A DNA stretch of 64,000 nt. Source: Microbotryum violaceum (lineage: Eukaryota). Location: the NCBI GenBank assembly GCA_001244265.2, contig CDLV01000010.1, positions 124,001-188,000 on the forward strand, in the 5' to 3' direction. Below are positions 40,962 to 54,231 of this stretch, piece after piece (within the stretch, counting starts at the first letter, position 1; the number at the start of each line of letters is the position of its first letter). Under the pieces are notes generated by a model. The model saw only the letters and a program-made list of their open reading frames with translations, made no database searches and had not been told where the DNA came from. The translations under genes and the position numbers were made by a program.

Positions 40962-41219
40962 GGCTCCCGTCAGGAATCGCTTCACACAAGTACCGGGTGG
41001 GGTTGAGGGCGTTGGGTGATTGAGGAGAGCGAAGCAAGCGCGATCGGCAGCCACACTTTGGCCCCACGCGCACGGACCACCTGTGTATGGCCTGTTTGTC
41101 TTGGGTCTGTCGCGCTCGGTTCGGTTCCCACCTCTTCGCCACATCCAGCCCTGATTGATCGTCTCCTCCCCGGAAACAGCTGGACAGTCCTCTTCTGACG
41201 CGTCGTCCTCGTCACCGGC

Positions 41220-42683
41220 ATGCGCTTCCGAGCGACGTTGGCCAGTCCGGTGCAGTTCGGTCGCCTGGTCACGTCCCTCTCACCCCTGTCCAAGCAGGCG
41301 ACCATCAAACTCAAACCCGACTCGGTGCATCTCGTCTGTCTGAGTGATACGACCGCTAATGGCGTGCAGGTGTGGAGGTACGTCGTCTCATAACTCACTC
41401 GACCTCGATCGATGTGGGGACTCGGACTCAATTTTGCTAGTACTGACCATGTGTCGAATGACCGTGAATTCGCGTTCAAACAGTCAAATAGCAGTGGTGA
41501 GTGCTGTACTCTCACTCTTACCGCATCTCATCCCCTCATCCTTCCCGGCCGAGGGTTGCTCGCTGACGATTTGACATCTCGTCGCGGCGCATCGCAACTC
41601 GTGCAGTCGTCCATTTTCAAGATTGACCACGATTTCCGCCTCGAGTCCAATAGCAACAACGAGATCTACCTCGAGGTATCGACAGAAGCTCTGGCTAAGG
41701 CATTGAGATCGGCGCATGTATGCACTCAAACCATACTATAACATTCGTGACAAGTATTGACCGACGTTCCATCATCCATCAGGGAGCGACCGAAGTGACG
41801 ATCAAGTTGGCCAAAAAGGGTGGTCAAGGTCCCGATGGCTCGGGCAAAGGTGCACGACCCGTTTTGACATTAAGCATCAAGACCATCGTACGTGTGATCT
41901 AGTCCGCCATCGCCGCCTCGAAAAAAGAATCCTGAAACGCCTCCTCACGAACGCAGAGCAAAGGGATGAACCCGACCGACATCAGTCAGGACGTCGGCGT
42001 GCGCGTCAGAAAAGCCGCCGAGATGGACCTTCTCAAAGAACCACTGTGTCCAACCCCCGACGTCGGTTTCTCATTCCTCCGGTCGAGTCGAGTCCGTCGT
42101 TACTGATTCTGCGTTCGGGACGTCGACAGATCAATATCATGTTGCCGCCGTTGGCGACGCTGAAGACGATCTGCGAGCGCCTTAAAACCATCTCACCTTT
42201 GGTCACGATCAGTGCGAACCATCAGGGTGAACTCAAGTGTGTTTTTGAATGATTCGTACAAGTGAACTTGTCTAGAACTGACTCATGGACTTTCCGTCCT
42301 CAAGACTCCGTGCCGAAAGTGAAGATGCGAACGTGACAACCGAATGGCGCGGATTGCTACACCCTCGTCCCGGTGAAGAAGGTTCGTCGGGAGGTACACA
42401 CTGTTCCCACTGATTCATCCTATTCCACTCACCTCGTCTTCGTCCGTTTAAAGACCCAGCGCCGACCGCCGAACCCAATCCAAGCCAGTTCTTCTCCGTG
42501 ACGGTTGATTCAAAGAACCTACTCAAGTTCCTCGCCGCGTACCCGATCTCGTCATCGACGATCGCTTCCTTGTGTGAAGGGCATTGCGCAATCTTTTATC
42601 TCTATCTCGCGTCAAAGGGGGAATCGCAGGGTGGGGTGTTGACGTACTTTGTTCCGGCCGTCAGTACGGGTGTGGATGAATGA
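41220..42683 (+). CDS. HUS1: 9-1-1 checkpoint clamp subunit Hus1, multi-exon
   Basis: MRFRATL start, GVQVWSQI, FRLESNSNNEIYLEV...LAKALRSA, KEPLCPTPD, LPPLATLKTICERLKTIS..VTISANHQGEL, GVLTYFVPAV. Confidence 0.9.
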
Positions 42684-44848
42684 TGTCGGGGTTCGGCACG
42701 AGGCTCGACTGACGTGCAAGGTTTTCATCGGATTCATTATGTATGTTGTAAGAAATGAAACATTGCATCGTATTCCGAACACCCCTGCTCTAAAGATCGT
42801 ATTTCCGAGATGTGTCCAATTCCCAGGACCTGAGTAGACAAGTACGAGAAAATATGGAGCACAAATATATCGACAAGCAGAGGTGCAGAGGTATCCACAA
42901 AAGAGGGTAGGAGTTGGCAACACGCCACGTCACCAAGGCTTGCTCGCCTACAGCCCCTTTATAATCTCCGACTGGTGCTGTCCTATTCGTGTGCAGAACG
43001 TCCAGTGAACCTATCCGGCTCGGGAGTCGGGGCGACACCGGTACGTATCGAGGTCCTGAGTGGCTATGCTAGTGGTTGCACGTGGTGTGACTGAGGAAAC
43101 GACATGCCAGCATAGAAATTTTCGATGGCTAGGGGAAGATTGGCTCTACCTTACTACTGGTGGCAGTGCAAGTGCGAGGCATTGCGCAATTGGATCGCTC
43201 ATGCGCGCTTGCCAAGAAGGGCTCTGGCACTCTCTGGCACGCGACCGGGCTGCCGATCGGATTTGCGCGAGTCGGGATTGCATCGCCTCCATTTCCAACT
43301 CGCTTATCAGAGGGTCCGGAAGTTATTCGCAAATTGGCCGGCGTGATGCGTACTACTACTCTAGTGACTGCACCTGTTATTTGGTTCCAAAAATAAACCC
43401 GCTGGCCTTCCCGAAACGAGAACGCTGAACATCATCGACGTCCGGATTGCCGCTTGTTCGAAGATCTCACCAAGCATACGGTGGGCAATCGGACCCCTGG
43501 ACCGGCTGATCAAATACGTCACCGAGCTGCTATCTGAGAGACGAGCGTCGGAAGTGACAAAGTGACATCGCGTTTGCCTTTGTGCACACACATGCGGCGC
43601 GCGTACAAACTAGCGTCGTGAAACGGAAGCGATGATTGCCGGGTTGCCGAGCGATGCCGAACGATAAGCTTGCGCTTCTTCAAAGGCAGCCTCCACCTGA
43701 TCGCGCGGTGAGGGTCATCAATCAACCTTTATGTGAAACAGGAGCTAGAAAACCCCGAGAGCGGGCGGAATCCGATGCAGCGCGTGGCAATAATGCCTGG
43801 CCAGGCTACCGGGTCGTACCTTCCAAACCTCATTTCTCCCAAAGTCACACGCCGCGGCAGCGACTAGCGCAACGCCAATCCGGGCGTTGACCGAGCGGAG
43901 AAGCGAATTTATGCCTATCACCACCCGATTTCTTAGAGATCACATGCAAAATGCGGGCCCACATGGTAATCAATTGAACATCTCTTGAAAAAAAGCAGGA
44001 CGTTCGAAGCGGCCGAAACCTGCAGTGTGATTCATGTTCAGCTGTGACGTTACCTCTATCGCAGCTGATCGCCACAAGTATTCGGGTGGGGCCCTGCTCA
44101 GTTATCAATCACACTCTGAAAGGGCGATGTGTGGGGTGCCACATTCGACCGCTCAGCTATCGCAAAAGAATGTGGGAGACAGGGAGTCCTCAGCCGGGCC
44201 GGTCTCGCCTAGAGCGCGAGGTGCCCCACAACGCGAAACGGTATCGAGGAAGGGCAGCTGAAGCCGGTGAAAAGGCGACTGCCCGAGCGAACCTTGTGCT
44301 TGCTGCAGCGTTTGCGTTTGCGACCGTTGCTACACGTGAGCTTGCCAACGGCACAGACCACTACAAGTGCCCGTCTGCTGCAGTGCCAGGCGGGCGACAG
44401 GCAAGCGCGGGCACGCCCGAATGATGCGCGCAATCAATCTAGCGCCGATCAAGGGGGCCAGGTCACTCGGAATCCGGCGCTAGCGCAAATTCGAGCGAAG
44501 GCGCTTCCGTACTCGGGTTCCGAATCACGTTGTTTAGGAACGGGTCAAACAGCTGCTCTCGTCCCCTGGACGCAAGGCGATCAAACAAACCGCATGGTGA
44601 ACGCGAGGAATAGGCGGGAACGCTTGCAGTAGGACTAGAAGTCTGACCTTGCCTCATCTGAGGAGCGCCGGCAAAACTCGGCCGCCAGGCGCGAAAGCTT
44701 CTTCCGATTTGTTTCCCCCGAACCTCGCGGTCGCAATCGATGAGCATGTAGTGTAGATCGTGAAGCACTCGAAGTTGGATCAACCGGTTAGCTTCTTCTT
44801 TCTTTCCTAATCATCACAACCCTTCCTTCAACCCTTTCATCCTCCACC

Positions 44849-46633
44849 ATGCGCTCCTTCTCTTTCCTCGCTGCGGCCGCTCTCGTCGTCTCCGTCGCCG
44901 CAGCCCCTAACACGGGCAGCTCGAGCCAGCTCAAGCCCGTCTCGGACCCTCGCGTCTGCGGTACGACCAAGACCCCCGATGCCGCGGCTGAAAAAGTTAT
45001 CGCTGCCAAGGTTGCTGCTCTCGAGGCTCGCATCGCCTCTGCTCGTGGTAGCGGTTCTGCGACCAGTCGCCAAGCCGCCATCGCCGCTGTCGTTGCCACC
45101 AAGAACGTTCCTGTGTACTTTCACGTGATCCAGAACGCTGCTGGTACGTGCCGCCAACGCACTCATCTAACTCTCGTTAGATTACCTGTTCGTATTGACC
45201 TGATCATGGTTCCGATGTTTGTAACAAAACAGGCACTTCAACGCGCAACGGCTACATCTCGGCCGCCACCATCAACTCGCAAATCTCGGTCTTGAACAAA
45301 GGTTTCGCCAACTCTGGCGTGTCCTTCACTCTCGCCGGCTCCGATTACACCGTCAACAAAGACTGGTTCACCAACGCTGGACCCTCTACGAGCCAACAAA
45401 CCGCCATGAAGAATGCCCTCCGCAAGGGCACGGCTGCCACTTTGAACCTGTACAGGTGAATTTGTGCTATCACTGTGGATCTAAGTACAATTCACCAGTT
45501 TTTCCTGACTCGGTGTGATTCTCTCGGCCTTGGTGATCTTGCAACACAGCGTTGGGTTCGTCGCCGGTTCCGGACAAGGTGCGTCTTGGTGTGGCAAGAG
45601 CGGTCCAGGCTTTTCGGCGTGCCGCTCGCCTTGCTCCTGACCCCTGCCGGCCTTTGCTAACTCGATGACACCTGTCGTTTAGGACTCTTGGGATATGCCA
45701 CTTTCCCCGAGTCGTACCGTGGGGCCCCCAAGGACGACGGTGTCGTTTTCTTGGTGGGCCAGTTCAGCTTCGGCGCCTCGGTGACCCAAGCCCGGCTAAT
45801 CACGCGCCTTTCCGCACACAGTACTCTTCGGTTCCAGGAGGTGCTACGGAGAACTAGTGAGCTTGAGTGGCTCAAGAATTGTGCAACCGTCCTCAATTCA
45901 CTGAACACTGTACCCTCTTTCTGTTGCCAGCAACCAAGGCAAGACCGTGACCCACGAAGTGAGTTGAGACTCACCTTCCTTCGATCAATTCGACTGCATG
46001 AGGAGTGTGCCAACCTTCTGCTTTCACTTTCACAGGTTGGTCACTGGGTTGGGTGAGTACTACCTTACGATGTTCTTAATTCTCCGAAGCCATCGTCGTG
46101 GTCGGATTATAGCAGCTGCGCAGCCATCTCGAGCGGAGCAGCTGACACCTTCTCCTTCTCCCGTTTGCAGCCTCTACCACACCTTCCAAGGCGGCTGCAC
46201 CGGAAGTGGTGACTTTGTTGCTGACAGTGAGTAAATTACCTTGTTGTCGGACGCTCCTCTGTCCACCATGCTTGCCGCTCAGACCGGCGCGCTCACGCCG
46301 TCAACCTTCTGCTCAGCTCCCGCCGAAGCATCTCCTGCAAGTGGGTGCCCCACGGGTCGTGACACATGCAGTTCGCCTGGACTCGACCCCGTGACCAACT
46401 ACGTACGTTAGCTTTCCATGTATTGTTGCTCTGCGTGCACGTTACTCGCTGTCGATCGCCCAAAGCTGACTTCCGGTATTTTGGCCCCTATTTTTTGCGA
46501 TATCTTCACCTCCTGCACCTCTTTATTCAAACCCAAAAAGATGGACTACTCGTACGATAGCTGCATGGACAACTTCACGTCCGGTCAATCTACACGTCTC
46601 ATCTCGCAGCTCGAGACTTACCGTGGCCTCTGA
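44849..46633 (+). CDS. Secreted M43 zinc metalloprotease, paralog 2, many small exons
   Basis: Signal peptide MRSFSFLAAAALVVSVAAA, RVCGT, VPVYFHVI, LLGYATFP, DDGVVF, GKTVTHE|VGHWVG|LYHTFQGGC, NY|MDYSYDSCM. Confidence 0.93.
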
Positions 46634-47349
46634 TCGTCGAGAAGAGTGAGACGGAGCGGACGTTTCGGAGTGTGAGCAGAGTCGCTGGAGTCGAGTTTTG
46701 TACATGGATGTTGTGGTGGTATATCGTACAAAAAAGGTTTGAGAAGGAAATAGCAAAGTACACATGTGAAGAATCAAAATTGAATGAACTATTTGCCAAT
46801 TGAGCCTTTTCGGAGCTCCAGCTGTTTGAGGCAAAACGCCGCCCCTGTCATTCGCTTCGAACTTCTTCATTCATGCATTGGCACTCGCTCACGTTTTCAC
46901 GTTTTCACGTTTTCACGCGTATACTGCGCTCAATCAAGGAACTTCCTCCAACAAGTTACTTGTTTGCGCAGCAATACATGAACATGCGTGGCTTCGAGTC
47001 GTTATCAGCGATCATTGATTATTGCTAGTCACTGTTCCCTAGGGACAGCTTCGTCTCAGAAAGTCAGCACCACTTTGCACCATACGCAACGAGTGCACTG
47101 ACCACCTTCAACCCTACTATCTATGAGAACATGTTCGGTCCTCTCAATCCGAGGCATTTCGCCGCCAGCACTGATGTAGTGAGCGAGTGATGAGATCGAA
47201 GCTACCCAGACTAAACCCTCGCGCGGATGAAAGCCCCGCGTGCTCTTTTCTTATATCGATTTCAATAACAGCATAACGCTAGTATTGCCTGAAAACTTCG
47301 GATACTTAATTCAAACAAAACTCCAATCCTAAAGTGACTAACGGCTAAA

Positions 47350-47720
47350 CGTACGCGCGCTCGCGCCGGTACCGACACATGTCAAACAACGTGGAGCTCG
47401 ACATGGCCGCATTGGAAAGTGAAGTTGACGCCTTCGCGATCGAAGGGCTAGATGGAGATGACGTTGGCCGGGCTCTCCGGAACGTAAAGCACATTGTTGA
47501 GGACGACCGTGGTGCCACTTTCCGGAAAAGTCTTACTTTGTCGATGCCCGACTCGGAAGCGTTGACAGTTCCTCCGAGTCCCCGCATGATCGCGCGGCCC
47601 GTGGGAGAGGCTGTAGACATCTACAACTAGTAAATAATCATACTCGGGACGCCACGTGGGATGAACCAGCCTAATACTCTCTGAAAGCATCAACTTGGTC
47701 CAACCAAGAGAGCTCAGATC
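47350..47720 (-). mobile_element. Ty1/copia retrotransposon fragment (protease region), degenerate
   Basis: Frameshifted RGLGGTVNASESGIDKVRL and GTTVVLNNVLYVPESPANVISI resemble the copia pol LxxVLYVPxxxxNLIS motif. Confidence 0.55.
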
Positions 47721-47991
47721 ATATCAATCGTCGAGTTTGGGACAAAGGCACCCGCTGCCGGCCTGGATGCCCTTTCGCCGCCGACTGCAGGCGCGACGGC
47801 TCAGACTGTCCTAATGCGGCTGAAGTCCATTTTCGCTTGCCCATCGAATGATCGGGATCCGTCCATTCGAGACCCGGCATAGCACTCGGCACAGATCCTC
47901 TCCCTTTCTCTAACTTCCCTCTGTATCCTCCTCATTTTCCTTCATTTCTCTTAGACAAACGCTGGCCGCTGGGGTCTTCGCCTCTTGAGAA

Positions 47992-49862
47992 ATGCTGTTC
48001 CTGAGCAAGCTTAGTCTGCTCTCGCTGGCCGTTGTCGCGCTGGGACCATCTGTGGCTTTCGGGGCGATCGCCCAGGTCAAAGACGCGAGAAGATGTGGCA
48101 ACGAAGGCAGCAAGCCCGATGCAGCATCAGAAGCCGTTATGTCAGTCTACTCAAGTTCAATACCAGCTCGACGCTGGTTCTGACCTATTCATTTTTCTCG
48201 TGTAACCCACAGTAAGCAAGCAACGGTCAAGTTGTCGGCGGCGATCGCTGCCGCGGGGCGCGGAGCTTTGATCAGCTCGTCTTCCGACTCTGGCAACCAT
48301 AGAGCGGCCGTCACGACGGTCGTGGCACCGAAGCAAATCAAGGTTTACTTCCACGTAGTCCGAAAAGACAAGAGTGAGTTTCTGAGTTTGAGACCTAAGT
48401 CACTGGACGCCACCTCAGATCTTTTCATCGCCTATTTTGGCCCAATTTCGCTGACCAATTCCCCTTGTCCGTCTTGGCCGGTGCCTTGTCGCCTCCATCG
48501 CCCCGAATTTGTAGCTGTCGCCGGAGGCAACTTGTCGCCTCGTGCCATCGCGGGCCAGATTGCTGCGTTAAATGCCGATTTTCGTGCGAGTGGGTTCAAT
48601 TTTACGTACGTCGTATCAGGCACCTCGTGCAGGGCACACATTCGAAGACTCGACCCCTAATTTCTAGAATCTTGCTTCCGCCGCTCTCGCTGCGCCGCAG
48701 CCTTGCCGGAACAGATTTTACGACGAACCGCGACTACTTTGAGAGCGCCGGACCCGAATCGACTCAACAAACAGCGATGAAGAACCAATTGTACAAAGGC
48801 GGGCCTTCGGACCTCAACCTCTACTCGGTCGGCTTTGTCAAGGGTGCCGGAAAAGGTCTGCTCGGTTACGCGACGTTGCCTTTCTCGATTTCGCCCAACT
48901 CGCGCACTGCCAACAAGGATGATGGCGTCGTCTTTTTGGTGAGTCTTGCTTTCCCGCTCAGAGGGAAGAGCGTCTCTCCGCTACGAAAGTGCGAAACCTG
49001 ACGGCTGCTTGTGCCAAACTTAGTTCTCGTCCGTCCCTGGGGGAAGCATCACCAACTACAACCTCGGCCGAACAGTGACGGTGAGCTAGAGTCCGAGTTG
49101 AACCCGAATATAAATGCGATACTGACTTCGTGGAACGCATTTCATCACTCTCTTGACCCTTGCCCCTTGCCCCGATCACAGCATGAGGTGGGTCTGGCTT
49201 CTGACAGGACTAAACGCTCCAGATTATTTCTGCTTCCGTGGTCCCTGCTAACGAAGAGGGCGTTCTGGTGTCTGATGCTTGCTTTAGACTGGTCATTGGC
49301 TCGGGTGAGTAAACTTCGCCGTGCCTCTTAGACGATGGTCGCTCTGCGTGCACATGCGCTTGAGTTCGAACCGCTGACTCTTAAGGTTTATTTTTTCAAA
49401 GTCTCTATCATACGTTCCAAGGAGGTTGCACTGGATCTGGCGATGGAGTCTCCGACAGTGAGTTTCTCGTATCGGCGCGCTATCCGAGCTTACTCTGTCG
49501 CCGAGGATCCGGCCCCTGACTTTCTCCGCGCGCTCCTCCTCTAACAGCTCCAGCTGAAGCTAGCCCGGCGTACGGTTGCCCAACCGGCCGCGACTCGTGT
49601 ATTTCTTCCCCTGGTTTGGATCCAATCAGCAATTTGCAAGTTCCCACCTTCCTTGCTGTGCCGAGCCCTGGTGGACCCTTCCGCAATCGCCGAGCTTCTC
49701 CGTGCCCTCGCAACTACTTCACCGCAGACTGCTGACCAAAACCATCCACCTCCTTCTCTTCTAAATAGTATGGACTACAGTTACGATGTCTGCATGTATC
49801 AATTCACGTCTGGACAAGCTCTTCGAATGGTTGCAGCTTCCCAGCAGTACCGCAAACTTTGA
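47992..49862 (+). CDS. Secreted M43 zinc metalloprotease, paralog 3, many small exons
   Basis: Signal peptide MLFLSKLSLLSLAVVALG, RRCGN, IKVYFHVV, GLLGYATLP, DDGVVF, GRTVT|HE|TGHWLG|LYHTFQGGC, NF|MDYSYDVCM. Confidence 0.93.
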
Positions 49863-50105
49863 TCGGGTATTTCTCCCCCCATAGTGTATCCTTACTTCTT
49901 CTCGGTCCCGGCCTTCGACGACCTATTCTCACGTCACCGCGTATCTATCATCCACTTGTAGCCTTATTATACAATCGAGCTGGCTCTTATACCTTCTGCA
50001 TGCTGGAATGTATCTCCTAACATATTCTCGATTCGACCTTCCAGAATTACTCCGGCGAACAGGAGAGGTCCTGCACCGACAGACCTTACCACCTCCTTAC
50101 GCTTA

Positions 50106-50393
<288 letters not shown>

Positions 50394-50449
50394 CTATGAG
50401 ATCAAGATTGCAGAAGGAAGACAAGAGCGATTTCTACACAGAAGTTCTA

Positions 50450-50734
<285 letters not shown>

Positions 50735-52099
50735 TCATGAGGTTGATAGATACGAGGCTGTGGAGCTAGTAGAAGTCAAGGTGACCGCGCACCAGTCCAC
50801 CCGCCGTGGCTCCCAATGGAAGGGGTGCGCCGCTGCCTTGACCTATTCCCGCTGGTTGAGTAGCTCAGAGGTCAGAGCAACTCTGATTGACGGAGTGGAC
50901 ATGAGTTCGACTACACTCAGTCCAGTCAAACCTTCTTTTGTTCTCCGCAACACTCAGTTCCGGGAATTCCCATATTCCCAACTGAGCTTGAAGGCGATGG
51001 ATCAAACAGATACCTCATTTGCTATTCCGGGCCTGAACTTTACAGCTTGCGGAAGTGCCCACTGGCAGCAACCGCTCAAGGTAACGGTTGCCAGATTTCA
51101 AAGCTGATAATGGGCACTCACTGTTGTCTTTCCGATACACGTGGGACAAAACCTGGATGTTCTTCATGGGGACGACCGCAGTCATGGCGGCCGGGTGATC
51201 CTTTGACCGGTCCTCTGCTGGCGAACGTCGCGTTCAACTTGACACTCGCTTGGGAGTCCAAAGATTACGTTCGAAGCAAACTACCTCGATATTGGGTGAT
51301 AACTCGACGCAGATTTACTCGAAACAATGAAGAATGTCAAGCTGCCGGGCGGGACCGGCATTTGCAGGTGAATTTCTGCAGTGCACAGTCCCGGTGAAGG
51401 GTCGGTAGATCCAAGGAGTTTACCCTTTACCCTGTGGAATCACACTAAACGACTTATAACAGGTCAGGGTGCTGATGTGACGATGACGTTGTTCCTCATC
51501 CGCACGGAAAGAGCCGAGCGGCGGAGAGAGCCGAGCTACTGCCTCCTCAGGAATCGCACGCTCAGGGGCTGAAGTTCACCTGCGATGATCACCGTGCGTT
51601 GGGTTCGCAATTGAGCGGGGGACATTCTATCGAGCGTTTTCTTCCGTCCTAGCAAAGCTTTGAAATTGTCATCTCTTTGCTTTTCGAGTCCAAGACACAA
51701 AGCACCGCGTCGTGCACCGTTTCGAATCTTCTCGCGCTACTAGTACCGACGGCCCATCGGCATAATGGGCACGCCGCGCGCTTAAGCTCGAGGACGACTT
51801 GTTAAGCGTCCTTAAGCCCACCTTAAGCGCCTCTAAGCGGTGCGTGCCCTTATTAACCCGGCGTTATCTACGGATCGCATAATGGTGCTTAGTGGCCGCT
51901 TAAGAACGCGCGCGTTATGCGGTGCTCGCGCCCTGTAAGCTAAATCAGCGCTACTATGCAATGGCAATTTGCGACTCCTGTCCAAGCAACCAGTACGTTA
52001 CATTGCAGTGAGATATATACAAAATCAATCGAAAAGAGACTTTTCAAAATCGAAAGCCTGTTGAGCCGTCATCCTCATCAGGTCGGCAGCCTCCGGGTT

Positions 52100-52790
52100 G
52101 ACGGTTCGGAGCGTCGTTCCCCGCCCAGCACCACCGGGAGCTTCACCCAAAATCGCAACTGCACGCTTCCCTGCACTGCACGCGATTAGTAACTCGAACC
52201 TGCACAGCATCTGAGTAAAGTGCCCCGCGTCCTTCCCTTCGACGTCTTCGCAAGGTAAATTGGACATGCCCTTGATAGCGCGTGGCCGAGAACTCGTGCC
52301 ACAGCGAGACGGTCTGCTTCGTCTCCTTTGCACCCCTATCAGACGAGCCCAGGTTCGGTGGTGGTGGGGTGAGCAATTGCATGGCGTATCGAATCTAACG
52401 GTTCGACGATTGTATGAGGAGGGCGCAAATGTCAGGTCAATTCAAACATGATGCAGCGCAAACAAAATAGGGACTTACTCCTGCATACGCACGAGTCACG
52501 AGAGCGAATGCAAGCTCGTGATGATCATCGTTGTTGTGATCGAGACCTTGCTCTGGCCATTGAAATGCGGCAGATCTGTCTCGCATGATGCCCGCAACGA
52601 TCTGTACTACAATGTCGTAGACGTTCTGTAGATCCTCCTCGGGCTCGAAGGCGCAATGATCCGGGTCGGACCCTCTCTGCGGTGGAAAATGTAGTCTTAG
52701 CATCCTGAATACTCGAACACGGCCAAAGCTTTGCGTCGATGTAAACAGATAATTGATGACCGACTCACCGATCCCGCACCGCACCGCAAC
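52100..52790 (-). pseudogene. Possible orphan gene fragment
   Basis: Protein-like ORF 52437-52784 with a gtaagt donor near 52478. No recognisable family. Confidence 0.2.
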
Positions 52791-52938
52791 ACTACCCGCA
52801 GCAGCAGCCGAGAAGGCAACATTATATCTTCAGAACACTCGATGGGCAGCAAGGCAGCACTGTATCTTCAGAACACTTGCTGCCCATCGAGTGTTCTGAA
52901 GATATAATGTTGCCTTCTCGGCGGCTGCCGCGGGTAGT
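52791..52938. repeat. Long hairpin: about 63-bp inverted arms (47 bp perfect) with a 22-nt loop
   Basis: 52807-52853 is the exact reverse complement of 52876-52922; the outer 16 bp have two mismatches. Confidence 0.95.
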
Positions 52939-54231
52939 CGTTCGGGGTCCAGCCCATACGCCTTGTACGTGCACTTCAAAAGCCGCTCTTTTGAATGCGA
53001 ACAGCCGCATAGCGCTGGCGCAAGAAGGTCGTGGTGACATGGCGAGGTGAGACTGCTGACTAGTATTGAGAGTGCAACGTTGTCGAAGCGAAGAAGCGAG
53101 GGCTGGGAGGAGGCGTGGGTCGAAGGGAGGCAGGCCAGAGCGATGGAAGCGGAAGGAAGGAAAAGAAGAAAGGCAGAGACGTGCGACTGGCTTATTTTGT
53201 CCCATTTATGGCCCCTAGCTGCCGCGTGTCCAAAAAGTTGCCGTGGCGCGATATATGGCACTCGCGCCGGGCGGCACAGCTTTGGACTTAGCGAAGACTT
53301 GCAGGGCACGTTGCGGCCCGCGGTGCAGCGGCCACCGGTAATGAATGCATAGTTTTAGAATATATGACTTTCAAGCTAGTTGGTACGACCTTCCTACGCT
53401 GGGCATTCAATGTTCTACATACAAATCACGTGACCATCCATCGGCCTCGAAAAACAACCCAAGTTTTTTTACAAAGGTCAATTCAGACTCTGTATTCCGT
53501 GACTCAAGACCAATTATGGTGGCGATATACAACCCTTAACACCAAAGGTACCTACCTATACGGGTCTAATTTGTCAGTGCCTCGATGACATTCAAGTTGA
53601 CCCAACCGGCCGGTCCGTTTTTGGTCGCCGACTGTGTCATGCCTATCTTCGGGGCGCGCCGACAGGCGACGGCGCCGGTAATAAGATTGGGTACCATGAG
53701 GGTTTCCGGATAGGGCGATAAAGAGGGCGTTGTAGTGAAAAAGTTCTTCGACTGGATCAGATGGGGGAAAAAGTTCCCAAGCAACACTGCCGTCACCAGT
53801 GGCCCGCCGTCGCCCGGCGGTTCGGAGACGCGAAGCCCGAGGAAGGTTCAACGTGCTCGAGCATGCTCAACTTGGTGGTTCCCTGTGGTTCCCGGCGCGT
53901 GTGCGTGCGCGCTCTCTCTTGATCGCGTGCGAACGTTCTATGTCGTTGGGTTCCTCCCTACTTGTCCGATACTAGAGCATTCAAACCACCAACCTCACCC
54001 AACTCGAAGAGACACCAGGAAGAATCGAAGCTTGCTCGAACCAGTCTAGTGTTATCGCCTACGTATCCGCGCCTTCTTTCGGCGATAGCGATTTGCCTAT
54101 CGCGCAGGTGTCACCAGTCGTCTCGTCTCGGGGGATTCGATCTCGCACGTGTTTCTGGGCCACTCGAGTCGGACAAACACCGCGCTCGCCCTCTCTTTCG
54201 CTCGCACTTCAACTCAACAATTGCTCAAAAG

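Noticed and set aside
42700..44800. Short ORFs upstream of M43 paralog 2
   Set aside because: No coherent exon chain or protein motif; treated as intergenic sequence or unrecognisable TE decay.
47379..47630. 83-aa plus-strand ORF as a small gene
   Set aside because: Better explained as the antisense of a copia protease fragment.
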